The notes under the pieces were generated by a model. It saw only the letters and a program-made list of their open reading frames with translations, had not been told where the DNA came from and searched no databases. From Pseudodonghicola sp. (lineage in GTDB: Bacteria > Pseudomonadota > Alphaproteobacteria > Rhodobacterales > Rhodobacteraceae), in NCBI RefSeq assembly GCF_048268305.1, contig NZ_JBLWVT010000001.1, positions 160,046 through 224,045 of the forward strand: a DNA stretch of 64,000 nt, written 5' to 3'. Shown piece after piece: positions 37,519 to 46,251 of the stretch (positions within the stretch are counted from its first letter, which is position 1; every line of letters starts with the position of its first letter). Both the position numbers and the translations under genes were made by a program.

Positions 37519-38496
37519 TCAGCGCAGCGCCAGCCGCGGGTCCACCAGCCGGTGGATCAGGTCGGTCAGAAGGTTCACGGCGATCACCAGCACGGACATC
37601 ACCAGGAAGAGCCCCAGCAGCACCGGGTAATCGCGCGCGGTCACCGCGTCGAAGGTCAGCCGACCGAGACCGGGCCAGGAGAACACCGTCTCGACCACCA
37701 CCGAGCCGCCGACCAGGGCGCCGATCTGCAGCCCGGCAAAGGTGATCACCGGCAACGAGGCGTTCCTGAGCATATGGCCGCGCAGGATGGCGCCCTCGGA
37801 CAATCCCTTGGCACGGGCGGTCTTGACGTGATCTTCCGCCGCCACCTCGATCAGCGCCGAACGCATCAGCCGGGTATAGGCGGCCATGTAGATCGCCCCG
37901 AGCGTCAGCGCCGGCAGGATCAGGTGCTTGATCACGTCCCAGGCATAGGCGAGCGGCCCGAAGCTTGACGCGCGCATATCGGCATAGCCGAAGGCCGGCA
38001 GCCAGTTCAGTTGGATCGAGAACAGCAGGACCAGCATCAGCCCCAGCCAGAACACCGGCGTGGCATAAAGCAGGAGCGCGGTGAGCGAGATGGCGAGATC
38101 GGAGAGTTTCCCGTGCCTGAGCCCGGCCAGCGCCCCGAAGGTCACCCCGCCGATCAGCGACAGGAAGAAGGCGGTGAGCGTCAGCAACAGCGTCGGCCCC
38201 AGCCGTTCGAGGATCAGGTCCGACACCGCCCGTCGCTGACGGAAGGAATAGCCGAGGTCCAGCGTCACCACCTTCTTCAGATAGGTGCCGAGCTGCACCA
38301 CATAGGGCTGGTCCAGCCCGTATTCCGCCCGCACCGAGGCCAGGAACGCCTCATCCGTCGCCCCCGACTGCCCGGCGATCACCGCCGCCGGATCGCCGGG
38401 CGCCGCGCGGACCAGAACGAAATTGATCGTCGCGATGACGAGGATCGCGAACACGATCCCCGCCAATCGCGTCAGCACTTGCTTTGCGATACGCAT
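37519..38496 (-). CDS. ABC transporter permease (DppB-like)
   Basis: The start is taken at ATG 38496 (MRIAKQVLTRL...); the track start at 38505 is a TTG. 1-nt overlap with the SBP stop. Confidence 0.9.
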   Translation of the reverse strand: MRIAKQVLTRLAGIVFAILVIATINFVLVRAAPGDPAAVIAGQSGATDEAFLASVRAEYGLDQPYVVQLGTYLKKVVTLDLGYSFRQRRAVSDLILERLGPTLLLTLTAFFLSLIGGVTFGALAGLRHGKLSDLAISLTALLLYATPVFWLGLMLVLLFSIQLNWLPAFGYADMRASSFGPLAYAWDVIKHLILPALTLGAIYMAAYTRLMRSALIEVAAEDHVKTARAKGLSEGAILRGHMLRNASLPVITFAGLQIGALVGGSVVVETVFSWPGLGRLTFDAVTARDYPVLLGLFLVMSVLVIAVNLLTDLIHRLVDPRLALR

Positions 38497-40085
38497 CAGC
38501 CCCAATGCGCCTTTCCGAAGGTGCCGTTGACGCCGGTGGCGCCGACGATCAGGTCCTGCAGCCGGGCATCGTAGATCGTCGGATATTGCGATTCCGAAAT
38601 CCAGAGCACCGGCAGCTCATCGACGATGATCTTCTGCGCCTCACTGTAATAGGCCTGCCGGTCCGCGTCCGAGGTGGCGATCGCCGCCTTGGCGAAAAGC
38701 TCGTCCACCTTGGGGTTGGCATAGCCTTCGGTGTTCGAGAACAACACGCCCTTGCGGATGTTCGAGCTGACATAGGTCCGCGCCACGCCCATCGCCGGAT
38801 CGCCGTATTGATAGAGCAGGTTCGAGGTGATGTCGTAATCCCAGCCCGACACCGCCTGCGCCCAGCCCGCCATGTCGGTCGCGATCAGCTTGATCTCGAT
38901 GCCGGCGGCGGCCATGGCCTGACGGAAATATTCGCTGGTTCGGGTCATCATCTCGCCATAGGGCGGGATGGTGAAGCTGAGGCTGACGCGGGTGCCGTTG
39001 GCGTCGGGTTTCAGACCCATCTCGTCCAGCAGCGCCTTGGCCTTGTCGACGTTCTTTTCATAGAGGATCACGTCGGGTTCATAGAACCGCGTGGTCGAGG
39101 CGACCGGGCCGGTGGCGACCTTGCCCAGGCCGAAGAGGATGCGGTCGACGATGAACTGGCGATCCAGCAGATACATCATCGCCTTGCGGAAGCGTTTGTC
39201 GTTCAACGGTTCGCGGCGCAGGTTCAGCTCGTACCACATCAGCGGCGAGAAGAATTCGTACCCCTTGGTGGTCATCTCCATGCCCGGCGTCGCGGCCAGG
39301 CGTTGGACGTCGAAGGGTTCGATGTCGTTCCACTGCGACAGGTTCGCCTCGCCGGTCTCGATGGCGACCGACCGCGAGGCGGCATCGGGGACGACCTTGT
39401 AATAGATCTCGGTCAGCCCGGGCTGGCCTTCGATGTAATAGTCGTCGAAGGCGGTCAGGTGGATATAGGCGCCGCGCGCCCATTCGGTCAGCTTGAACGG
39501 GCCGGTGCCGATCGGCGTGTCATTGGCCGGGTTGTTGCGGTAATCGGTGCCGCCATAGATGTGCTTCGGCGCGATCGGGGCAGAGGAGGCCTCGAAGGCC
39601 AGCAGGAAGGGGGCGAAGGGCTCCTTCAGCGTGAAGACGACGGTATAGTCGTCCGGCGCGGTGATGCTGTCGCAGCGGTCGAAGTTGGCGCGGGCGCGGG
39701 GGTGAACCTCTTTCAGCATCACATCGCAGGAAAACACCACATCGGCGGCGGTGAAGGCCGTTCCGTCGTGCCATTTGGCGGTCTCGACCAGATGGAAGGT
39801 ATAGGTCAGCCCGTCCTCGGACACCTCCCAGCTTTTTGCCAGTTGCGGCTGCGGCGTCAGGTCGAAATCAAAGGTCAGAAGGCTTTCGTAAATCTTGCCG
39901 GCGACGGTGCCGGTCGGGGTCTGCTGGTTCAGCGGCAGCACCAGGATCGGCGGCTCCGGCTGGATCAGGGTGACCAGCCCGCCATCGGGCGTGGCGGCCG
40001 TGGCGGCACCGTTGAGCAGGCCGTCAAGGAAAGGCAGCGCTGCGCCGGAACCCAGCATCAGCTTGTGGAAATCGCGTCGTTTCAT
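38496..40085 (-). CDS. ABC transporter substrate-binding protein, family 5 (peptide/nickel/opine type)
   Basis: 529 aa. The N-terminus MKRRDFHKLMLGSGAALPFL is TAT-like. LAKSWEVSEDGLTYTFHLVETAKWHDG is the SBP_bac_5 signature region. Confidence 0.9.
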   Translation of the reverse strand: MKRRDFHKLMLGSGAALPFLDGLLNGAATAATPDGGLVTLIQPEPPILVLPLNQQTPTGTVAGKIYESLLTFDFDLTPQPQLAKSWEVSEDGLTYTFHLVETAKWHDGTAFTAADVVFSCDVMLKEVHPRARANFDRCDSITAPDDYTVVFTLKEPFAPFLLAFEASSAPIAPKHIYGGTDYRNNPANDTPIGTGPFKLTEWARGAYIHLTAFDDYYIEGQPGLTEIYYKVVPDAASRSVAIETGEANLSQWNDIEPFDVQRLAATPGMEMTTKGYEFFSPLMWYELNLRREPLNDKRFRKAMMYLLDRQFIVDRILFGLGKVATGPVASTTRFYEPDVILYEKNVDKAKALLDEMGLKPDANGTRVSLSFTIPPYGEMMTRTSEYFRQAMAAAGIEIKLIATDMAGWAQAVSGWDYDITSNLLYQYGDPAMGVARTYVSSNIRKGVLFSNTEGYANPKVDELFAKAAIATSDADRQAYYSEAQKIIVDELPVLWISESQYPTIYDARLQDLIVGATGVNGTFGKAHWG

Positions 40086-40361
40086 GGAGTCTCCTGTCAG
40101 TTGACCCGTTTCATTTTGCGGCGTCGCGATTTCGGTTGGGGTCGCCGAAAGCCCGTCCTGCGTGTCGGCCCGGCGGGGAGAGGCCGGGTGAAGGTGCGCA
40201 GCGGGCGGTCCGGTCGGCCTTCGCAGGGGCCGGCGGACTCGCTCTGCCTGTTGTCATGGGAAAATCTTGGAGAGTTTTCCGCAGTCCGCACAGACAGCAG
40301 AACCAATGGGGTGACGATGAAAGGTTGTCACCCGCTCTAATGCGTGCATGGGGTGGACATG

Positions 40362-40390
40362 AAAAAGGACCAGGCGTTGCCGCCTGGCCC
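40362..40390 (-). terminator. Rho-independent terminator downstream of tpa
   Basis: On the minus strand, CCAGGCG gcaa CGCCTGG is followed by TCCTTTTTC, about 45 nt after the tpa stop. Confidence 0.65.
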
Positions 40391-40433
40391 CTGTTCATCC
40401 GCATGCGGCGCCCGAAGGAGCCGCAGACCGCTG

Positions 40434-41819
40434 TCAGCCGAAGACCTTGCTCAGCGCGCGGTCGACGGTGTCGGTGATCTGGTCGATATCGTCCGCGGTG
40501 GCGATCAGCGCCGGCGAGAAGCACAGAACGTTGTTCAGCCCGGGGATCGACCGGTTGGTGGCACCGATCAGCACGCCCTGGGCGCCGCATTCGGCGACCA
40601 CCTGACCGACCAGCTTTTCGTCAACGGCTTCCTTGGTGGCGCGATCGGCGACCAGTTCGGCGCCCAGGAAGAGGCCCTTGCCGCGGACATCGCCGACGAC
40701 CTTGTGCTTTTCCATCAGCGCCTCAAGGTTGCCCATCATGCGCTCGCCCATGGCGTTGCAGTTGTCCAAGAGGTTCTCGTCCTCGATGATGCGCATGTTC
40801 TCCAGCGCCGCCGCCGGGCCGGCCGCGCAGCCGCCGAAGGTCGAGATGTCGCGGAAATAGTTCATCGGATCCGCGGCATTGTCCTTGAACATGTCAAAGA
40901 CTTCCTCGGTGGTCACCATGCAGGCGATTGCCGCATAGCCCGAGGCGACGCCCTTGGCCATGGTCACGAAGTCCGGCTTGATGCCGTATTGCTGATAGCC
41001 GAACCAGGTGCCGGTGCGGCCGATACCGCAGACGACTTCGTCGATATGCAGCAGCACGTCGTATTTCTTGCAGATCTCCTGCACCCGTTCCCAATAGCCC
41101 GGGGGCGGGGTGATGACGCCACCGCCGGCGGTCACCGGCTCAAGGCAGATGGCGCCGACGGTATCGGGGCCCTCGGCCAGGATCACCTCTTCGATGGCAT
41201 CCGCCGCGCGCTGGCCATAGGCCTCGCCGGTCAGATCCCACTGGGCGCGGTATTCCATGCAATGGGGCACGCGCACGAAACCGGGGGCGAGGGGGCCGTA
41301 TTGTGCCACGCGCTCTTCCTGACCGCCGGCCGACATGGTGGCCAGGGTGCCGCCGTGATAGTCACGGTCGCGGAACAGGATCTTGTGCTTCTTGCCGCCG
41401 TATTTCTTGTGCGCGATCTGGCGCACCATCTTGAACACCTTCTCGTTCGCTTCCGAGCCGGAGTTGCAATAGTAGACGCGGCTCATCCCGGGCATCTTCG
41501 AGATCAGCTTTTCCGAGAACAGCGCGCCGGGGATCGAGCCGGCCGATTGCGCGAAATAGCACAGCTTGATGAGCTGGTCATAAACCGCCTTGGCGATGGA
41601 CTCGCGGCCATAGCCGACGTTGACGGTCCAGACGCCGCCGGACACGGCGTCGAGGTATTCCTTGCCCTTCTGGTCCCAGACGCGCATGCCCTTGCCTTCG
41701 AGGATGATACGGGGATCGCCCGTCTCGAAAGCCTTGTGCTGGGTCAGGTGGTGCCAGACGTGGGCCTTGTCGGCATCCACGATGTGGCTCAGGTCGTTCT
41801 CATTGAATACGCCGTCCAT
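40434..41819 (-). CDS. tpa: Class-III (omega) aminotransferase, taurine-pyruvate aminotransferase-like
   Basis: 461 aa. WHHLTQH, YCNSGSEANE, HIDEVVCGIGRTGTWFG and TMAKGVASGY (PLP-Lys) are class-III motifs. It is divergent from tauABC. The substrate assignment is an inference from context. Confidence 0.8.
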   Translation of the reverse strand: MDGVFNENDLSHIVDADKAHVWHHLTQHKAFETGDPRIILEGKGMRVWDQKGKEYLDAVSGGVWTVNVGYGRESIAKAVYDQLIKLCYFAQSAGSIPGALFSEKLISKMPGMSRVYYCNSGSEANEKVFKMVRQIAHKKYGGKKHKILFRDRDYHGGTLATMSAGGQEERVAQYGPLAPGFVRVPHCMEYRAQWDLTGEAYGQRAADAIEEVILAEGPDTVGAICLEPVTAGGGVITPPPGYWERVQEICKKYDVLLHIDEVVCGIGRTGTWFGYQQYGIKPDFVTMAKGVASGYAAIACMVTTEEVFDMFKDNAADPMNYFRDISTFGGCAAGPAAALENMRIIEDENLLDNCNAMGERMMGNLEALMEKHKVVGDVRGKGLFLGAELVADRATKEAVDEKLVGQVVAECGAQGVLIGATNRSIPGLNNVLCFSPALIATADDIDQITDTVDRALSKVFG

Positions 41820-42016
41820 GGCAGATCCTCTCGAAATTCGGAATGCACCGACGCGCCAACCCCCGGAGACTCCGGGGTGGCGCGGCTGGATCCCACAAAC
41901 GCCAAAATTGCGGCATCCCGTAGGGCCAGTTTGATCGTGACGATGATGCCAGTTTGTCTCAAGGCGGAAACCGTCTCATCCGTGCCTGAGGGATAGGCGC
42001 CGGGGAACCCCTGTGA

Positions 42017-42047
42017 AATCCAGATTAACAAAAGCCGAATCCAGATT
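42017..42047. promoter_or_regulatory. Direct repeat AATCCAGATT x2 spaced 21 bp in the AT-rich centre of the tpa-tauA divergent region
   Basis: Copies at 42017-42026 and 42038-42047 (complement AATCTGGATT), each about 200 bp from both start codons. Confidence 0.45.
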
Positions 42048-42245
42048 TCAAGAACCGCAAGATATCAGAAAGCCTTAGAAAAATAGTTTGATCGTCTTGG
42101 GGAATCGGGCTCGAATTCCGGGTGTCGAGGCGGCCGGATGGTTACGAACTGGCGCCGGCACGGATGTGTGGCGGGACTCTGACCTGCCGCCTGAAAAGCA
42201 TGCAGATCGTCCGCAAGGGGCGGCGACCAATACGGGGAGACATGA

Positions 42246-43247
42246 ATGTTCGCAGCAAGGACCAAGCTGAAAGGCGCCGTGGCCGGTCTGGCGCTCTTGG
42301 CGGGGGCCGGCATGGCCAGCGCCGAGGGGATCACCGTCGGCTATTTCCTGGAATGGCCGATGCCCTTCGAATACGCCAAGGAAATGGGCCTTTACGACAA
42401 GGAGATGGGTGTCACCGTCAACTGGGTCAGCTTCGACACCGGCACCGCGATGTCGGCGGCGATGGCCAGCGGCGACGTGCAGCTTTCGGTCAGCCAGGGC
42501 GTGCCGCCCTTCGTGGTGGCGGTCAGCGCCGGGCAGGATCTGCAGATCCTCGATGTGGCGGTCAGCTATGCCGACAACGACAATTGCGTCGTTCGGTCCG
42601 ATCTCGAGATCGACAAGAATTCCGCCAAGGAGCTTGAGGGCAAGAAGGTCGCGGTGCCGCTGGGGACTGCGGCGCATTACGGCTTTCTCAAGCAGATGAC
42701 ACATTTCGGCGTCGATCTCGGGACGTTGACCATCGTCGACATGGCGCCGCCCGACGGCGCCGCCGCCATCGCCCAGGGAGCGGTCGACATGGCCTGCGGC
42801 TGGGGCGGATCGCTGCGCCGGATGAAGGAGCACGGCAACGTGCTGTTGACCGGGGCCGAGAAGGAGGACCTAGGCATTCTGGTCTTCGACGTGACATCCG
42901 GCCCGGCCGCCTGGGTGGCCGAGAATTCGGATCTGGTGGCCAAGTTCCTCAAGGTGACGGCAGAGGCCAACGCGATGTGGAATTCCGGCGATCACAAGGC
43001 CGAGATGCTGCCGGTCATCGCCAAGGACGCCGGCATGGACCTTGAGGCCACCGATCAGACGATCTCGACCTTCGTCTTTCCCTCGGTCGCCGATCAGCTC
43101 GGACCGAAATGGCTGGGCGGCGGCGCACAGGAGTTCATGAAGGGTGTCGCCGATGTCTTCGTCGCGGCGGGCAGCATCAGCGCCGCGCTCGACAGCTATG
43201 ACAATGCGGTGAACATCGGTCCGCTCAAGGCCGCGTCCGAGATGTAA
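42246..43247 (+). CDS. tauA: Taurine ABC transporter substrate-binding protein
   Basis: 333 aa with signal peptide ...LALLAGAGMASA. ITVGYFLEWPMP... and the NMT1/TauA-like fold. It is followed by tauB and tauC. Confidence 0.85.
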   Translation: MFAARTKLKGAVAGLALLAGAGMASAEGITVGYFLEWPMPFEYAKEMGLYDKEMGVTVNWVSFDTGTAMSAAMASGDVQLSVSQGVPPFVVAVSAGQDLQILDVAVSYADNDNCVVRSDLEIDKNSAKELEGKKVAVPLGTAAHYGFLKQMTHFGVDLGTLTIVDMAPPDGAAAIAQGAVDMACGWGGSLRRMKEHGNVLLTGAEKEDLGILVFDVTSGPAAWVAENSDLVAKFLKVTAEANAMWNSGDHKAEMLPVIAKDAGMDLEATDQTISTFVFPSVADQLGPKWLGGGAQEFMKGVADVFVAAGSISAALDSYDNAVNIGPLKAASEM

Positions 43248-43352
43248 GTCGGGGGCCGGGCTCTGTGCCCGGCCGCCCGAAGGGGCGCAAGCGATCGGCA
43301 GGCTTTCGGCCTGCCGGTCGGCCTGATACATCCGCGGGCCGGAGGGAAAGCC

Positions 43353-44159
43353 ATGTCCGGACTGACAATCGACAATATCTCAATGCGCTTCGATCTGCCT
43401 GGCGGCACCTCGGTCCAGGCGTTGAAGAACGTCTCGCTGCACCTGAAGGAAGGGGAGCTGCTGAGCGTGCTTGGCCCCTCGGGCTGCGGCAAGACCACGC
43501 TTTTGAACATCGTCGCGGGGTTCCTGGCGCCGACCGAGGGGCAGATCGTGATGAACGGTCATCGTGTCACCGGCCCGGCCGCCGAACGTGGCATGGTGTT
43601 CCAGCAAGGTGCGCTCTTCGAATGGATGAGCGTGCGCGACAACGTGTCCTTCGGCCCCCGGATGAAGGGCATGGCCAAGCGCGACATGGCAGAGATCGTC
43701 GATCACCTGCTGGAGGTCGTCGGCCTGCGGGATTTCAAGGACAAGGCGGTTTACGAGCTTTCGGGAGGGATGCAGCAGCGTGTCGCCCTGGCGCGTTGTC
43801 TGGCCAATGACCCCGACGTGATCCTGATGGACGAACCGCTTGGCGCGCTCGACGCGCTGACGCGGGAGAAGATGCAAAGTCTGGTGCTCAGGCTCTGGAA
43901 GGAGACCGGCAAGACCATCATCCTGATCACCCATTCGGTCGAGGAGGCGCTGCTGTTGGGCGAAAGGCTTTTGGTGATGGCGCCGCGCCCGGGGCGCATC
44001 CACACCGAATACCGGCTGCCCTTCGCCGACATGGGCGTGACCACCGATCTGCGCGCGGTCAAGAAACACCCCGATTACGCGCCGATGCGCGAGGAAATCC
44101 TGAACATGATCTGGAACATGGAAGAAGAGATCATGGGCCGGGCGGAGGCGGGCGCATGA
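43353..44159 (+). CDS. tauB: Taurine ABC transporter ATP-binding protein
   Basis: 268 aa. Walker A GPSGCGKTT, signature LSGGMQQRVALAR, Walker B ILMDEPLGALD. Confidence 0.9.
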   Translation: MSGLTIDNISMRFDLPGGTSVQALKNVSLHLKEGELLSVLGPSGCGKTTLLNIVAGFLAPTEGQIVMNGHRVTGPAAERGMVFQQGALFEWMSVRDNVSFGPRMKGMAKRDMAEIVDHLLEVVGLRDFKDKAVYELSGGMQQRVALARCLANDPDVILMDEPLGALDALTREKMQSLVLRLWKETGKTIILITHSVEEALLLGERLLVMAPRPGRIHTEYRLPFADMGVTTDLRAVKKHPDYAPMREEILNMIWNMEEEIMGRAEAGA

Positions 44160-45424
44160 TCCCGCTGCTGATCTATGTCGTGATCTTCATCGGCTCCTAT
44201 CTGCTGGTGACTCGGGCGTTTCGTCGCCGCAAGGCGCATGATCTCACCTCGCTCAAGACGGTGACCTTCGGTGATGAAAGCGCGGTGGTGCCGAACCGCT
44301 GGGCCAGCGTGATCTCGATCGCCACCATCTTCCTGCTCTGGGGGATGTTCACCGGATCGGCGCTGTTGCCGAAGGCCCTGCATGTGCCGGGTCCGTTCGA
44401 GGGGACGGCGCATTTCAATTATACCACCGAGGCGCCCGACGGGCGGACCGATACCGCCACCGTCACCGTTCTGGTCCATCCCATCGACCAGAAGGTCGAG
44501 CCGCCCAAGGTCGATCCGGGCGAGGGGTGGGCCAAGAACGACAGCGCCACCGTCGGGGTCTGGCGCAGCGGGCTGATCCGGGTCGACGGCAATGACGAGG
44601 TGACGCGCGATCAGGGCGCCCGGGTGATCGCCGTCGATGGCAAGCCCATCGCGCCCGGGGGCAGCGTGAAGACCGGATTCGGCCGCGTCGGCATGTCGTC
44701 CAAGGGCACGCTGAACTTCGAGCCCGCCAGGGGTTGGCAGATGGAGCCGATCTGGCTGCCGCCGCCCGAGGCCGTGGTCTCCCGCCTGATCGAGATCGCG
44801 CGGGAAGGGTTTCGCGGCGCCACCCTGTGGCAGCATATGGGCTATTCCCTGTTCCGGGTGATCGCGGGTTTCGTGCTGGGGGCGCTGGTCGGCATCCCGC
44901 TGGGCTATGCGATGGGCCTGTCGAACTGGTTTCGCGGCTGGTTCGATCCGATCGTCGAATTCATGCGCCCGGTCCCGCCGCTGGCGCTGATCCCCCTGGT
45001 GATCATCTGGGCCGGCATCGGCGAGGCGGGCAAGATCATCCTGCTGTTCCTCGCGGCGCTCTGGATCATGGCGATCGCGGCGCGCGCTGGCGTTTCCGGC
45101 GTGCGGATCTCCAAGGTTCACGCCGCCTATTCGCTGGGGGCGAGCAAATGGCAGATCCTGCGCCATGTGATTATCCCCAATTCGCTGCCCGAGATCTTCA
45201 CCGGCGCCCGGGTGGCGATGGGGGTCTGCTGGGGCACGGTGGTGGCCGCCGAGCTGGTCGCGGCGGAAATGGGGGCGGGGATGATGATCATGGTCGCCTC
45301 GAAATTCCAGAACACCGACATCGTGATCATGGGTATCATCCTGATCGGCGTCATCGGCTTCGGCATCGACATGCTGATGCGCTGGGCCGAACGGCTTCTG
45401 GTGCCCTGGAAGGGCAAGGGCTGA
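44156..45424 (+). CDS. tauC: Taurine ABC transporter permease with N-terminal extension of about 200 aa
   Basis: 422 aa. The C-terminal ~220 aa is a canonical TauC/SsuC core starting at LPPPEAVVSRLIE. The N-terminus adds two hydrophobic helices and a soluble segment of about 125 aa. ATGA overlap with tauB. Confidence 0.85.
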   Translation: MIPLLIYVVIFIGSYLLVTRAFRRRKAHDLTSLKTVTFGDESAVVPNRWASVISIATIFLLWGMFTGSALLPKALHVPGPFEGTAHFNYTTEAPDGRTDTATVTVLVHPIDQKVEPPKVDPGEGWAKNDSATVGVWRSGLIRVDGNDEVTRDQGARVIAVDGKPIAPGGSVKTGFGRVGMSSKGTLNFEPARGWQMEPIWLPPPEAVVSRLIEIAREGFRGATLWQHMGYSLFRVIAGFVLGALVGIPLGYAMGLSNWFRGWFDPIVEFMRPVPPLALIPLVIIWAGIGEAGKIILLFLAALWIMAIAARAGVSGVRISKVHAAYSLGASKWQILRHVIIPNSLPEIFTGARVAMGVCWGTVVAAELVAAEMGAGMMIMVASKFQNTDIVIMGIILIGVIGFGIDMLMRWAERLLVPWKGKG

Positions 45425-45501
45425 TCTTGTCCCGATTACTCCCGAGGTTGCGCCCGCTGCCCGCTCTGTCCTACTTCTGAGCCGACGCAGGAGGATCGCG
45501 C

Positions 45502-46251
45502 ATGGTCGCCACCGAGCCCCGGATCACCTTTCCGGCCATTCGCCCCGTCGGGCTGACGGGGATGCTGGTCACTTTCGCCGACCACCTGGACGAGGCCGCG
45601 AACCGGGCCGCCCTGGCCTTTCGTGCCGCCGTTCAGGATGCCGGCTGGGACGGGATCGAGGAAACCTCGACTTCGCTCGCCTCGGCCTTCCTGCGCTTCG
45701 ATCCGCTGCGTCTGGCGCCCGAGGGGCTGCGCGCCCGGCTGGCCGATCTGCTGGCCTCTCGCGACTGGTCGCAGGCGCCCCTGCCGACCGGCCGGCGCCT
45801 GTTCCGGGTACCCACCGTCTATGGTACCGATCTCGCGCCGCAGCTCGAGGAGGCGGCGGCAGCGGCCGGGCTCGACCCCGAGGCGGCGATCGCCGATCTC
45901 TCGACCGCCCGCGTCCGGGTGCTGACCATCGGCTTTGCCCCCGGGCAACCCTATCTCGGCCGGCTGGGCGCGCGCTGGGATCTGCCGCGCCAAAGCACGC
46001 TGACCGCGCAGGTGCCGGTGGGCGCGCTGGTGCTGGCGGTGCGGCAGTTCACGCTGTTCTCCGCCGCCGCTCCCACCGGTTGGCGCCACGTCGGCCAGAC
46101 CAATTTCCGCGGCTTCCGCCCCGAGGCGCCGGCGCCCTTCGCGCTGGCCCCGGGGGATGAGATGATCTTTCCCGCGATTGCGAAGGCCGATTTTCTGCGC
46201 CTGCGCGCGGCCGGCGAGGATGGCGCCAGCATCGAGGAGATCGTCGGATGA
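45502..46251 (+). CDS. pxpB: 5-oxoprolinase subunit B (allophanate hydrolase subunit 1/KipI family)
   Basis: 249 aa, cyclophilin-like KipI fold pattern (...RVLTIGFAPGQPYLG...VGQTNF...). It is followed by pxpC and pxpA. Confidence 0.85.
   Translation: MVATEPRITFPAIRPVGLTGMLVTFADHLDEAANRAALAFRAAVQDAGWDGIEETSTSLASAFLRFDPLRLAPEGLRARLADLLASRDWSQAPLPTGRRLFRVPTVYGTDLAPQLEEAAAAAGLDPEAAIADLSTARVRVLTIGFAPGQPYLGRLGARWDLPRQSTLTAQVPVGALVLAVRQFTLFSAAAPTGWRHVGQTNFRGFRPEAPAPFALAPGDEMIFPAIAKADFLRLRAAGEDGASIEEIVG

Noticed and set aside
40086-40361. Possible gene or ncRNA in the 350-bp gap between the peptide SBP gene and tpa (ORFs 40097..40306, 40111..40590, 40136..40477)
   Set aside because: The ORFs are Arg/Pro-rich, lack an RBS and overlap one another. 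The region is adequately explained as the tpa terminator plus the promoter and leader of the peptide ABC operon. I could not recognise any known riboswitch or RNA motif, but an sRNA cannot be excluded without transcript data.
42075-42833. 252-aa minus-strand ORF overlapping the tauA 5' region
   Set aside because: It is antisense to tauA, which has a clear signal peptide and family features. The translation is Arg/His/Gly-rich without motifs.
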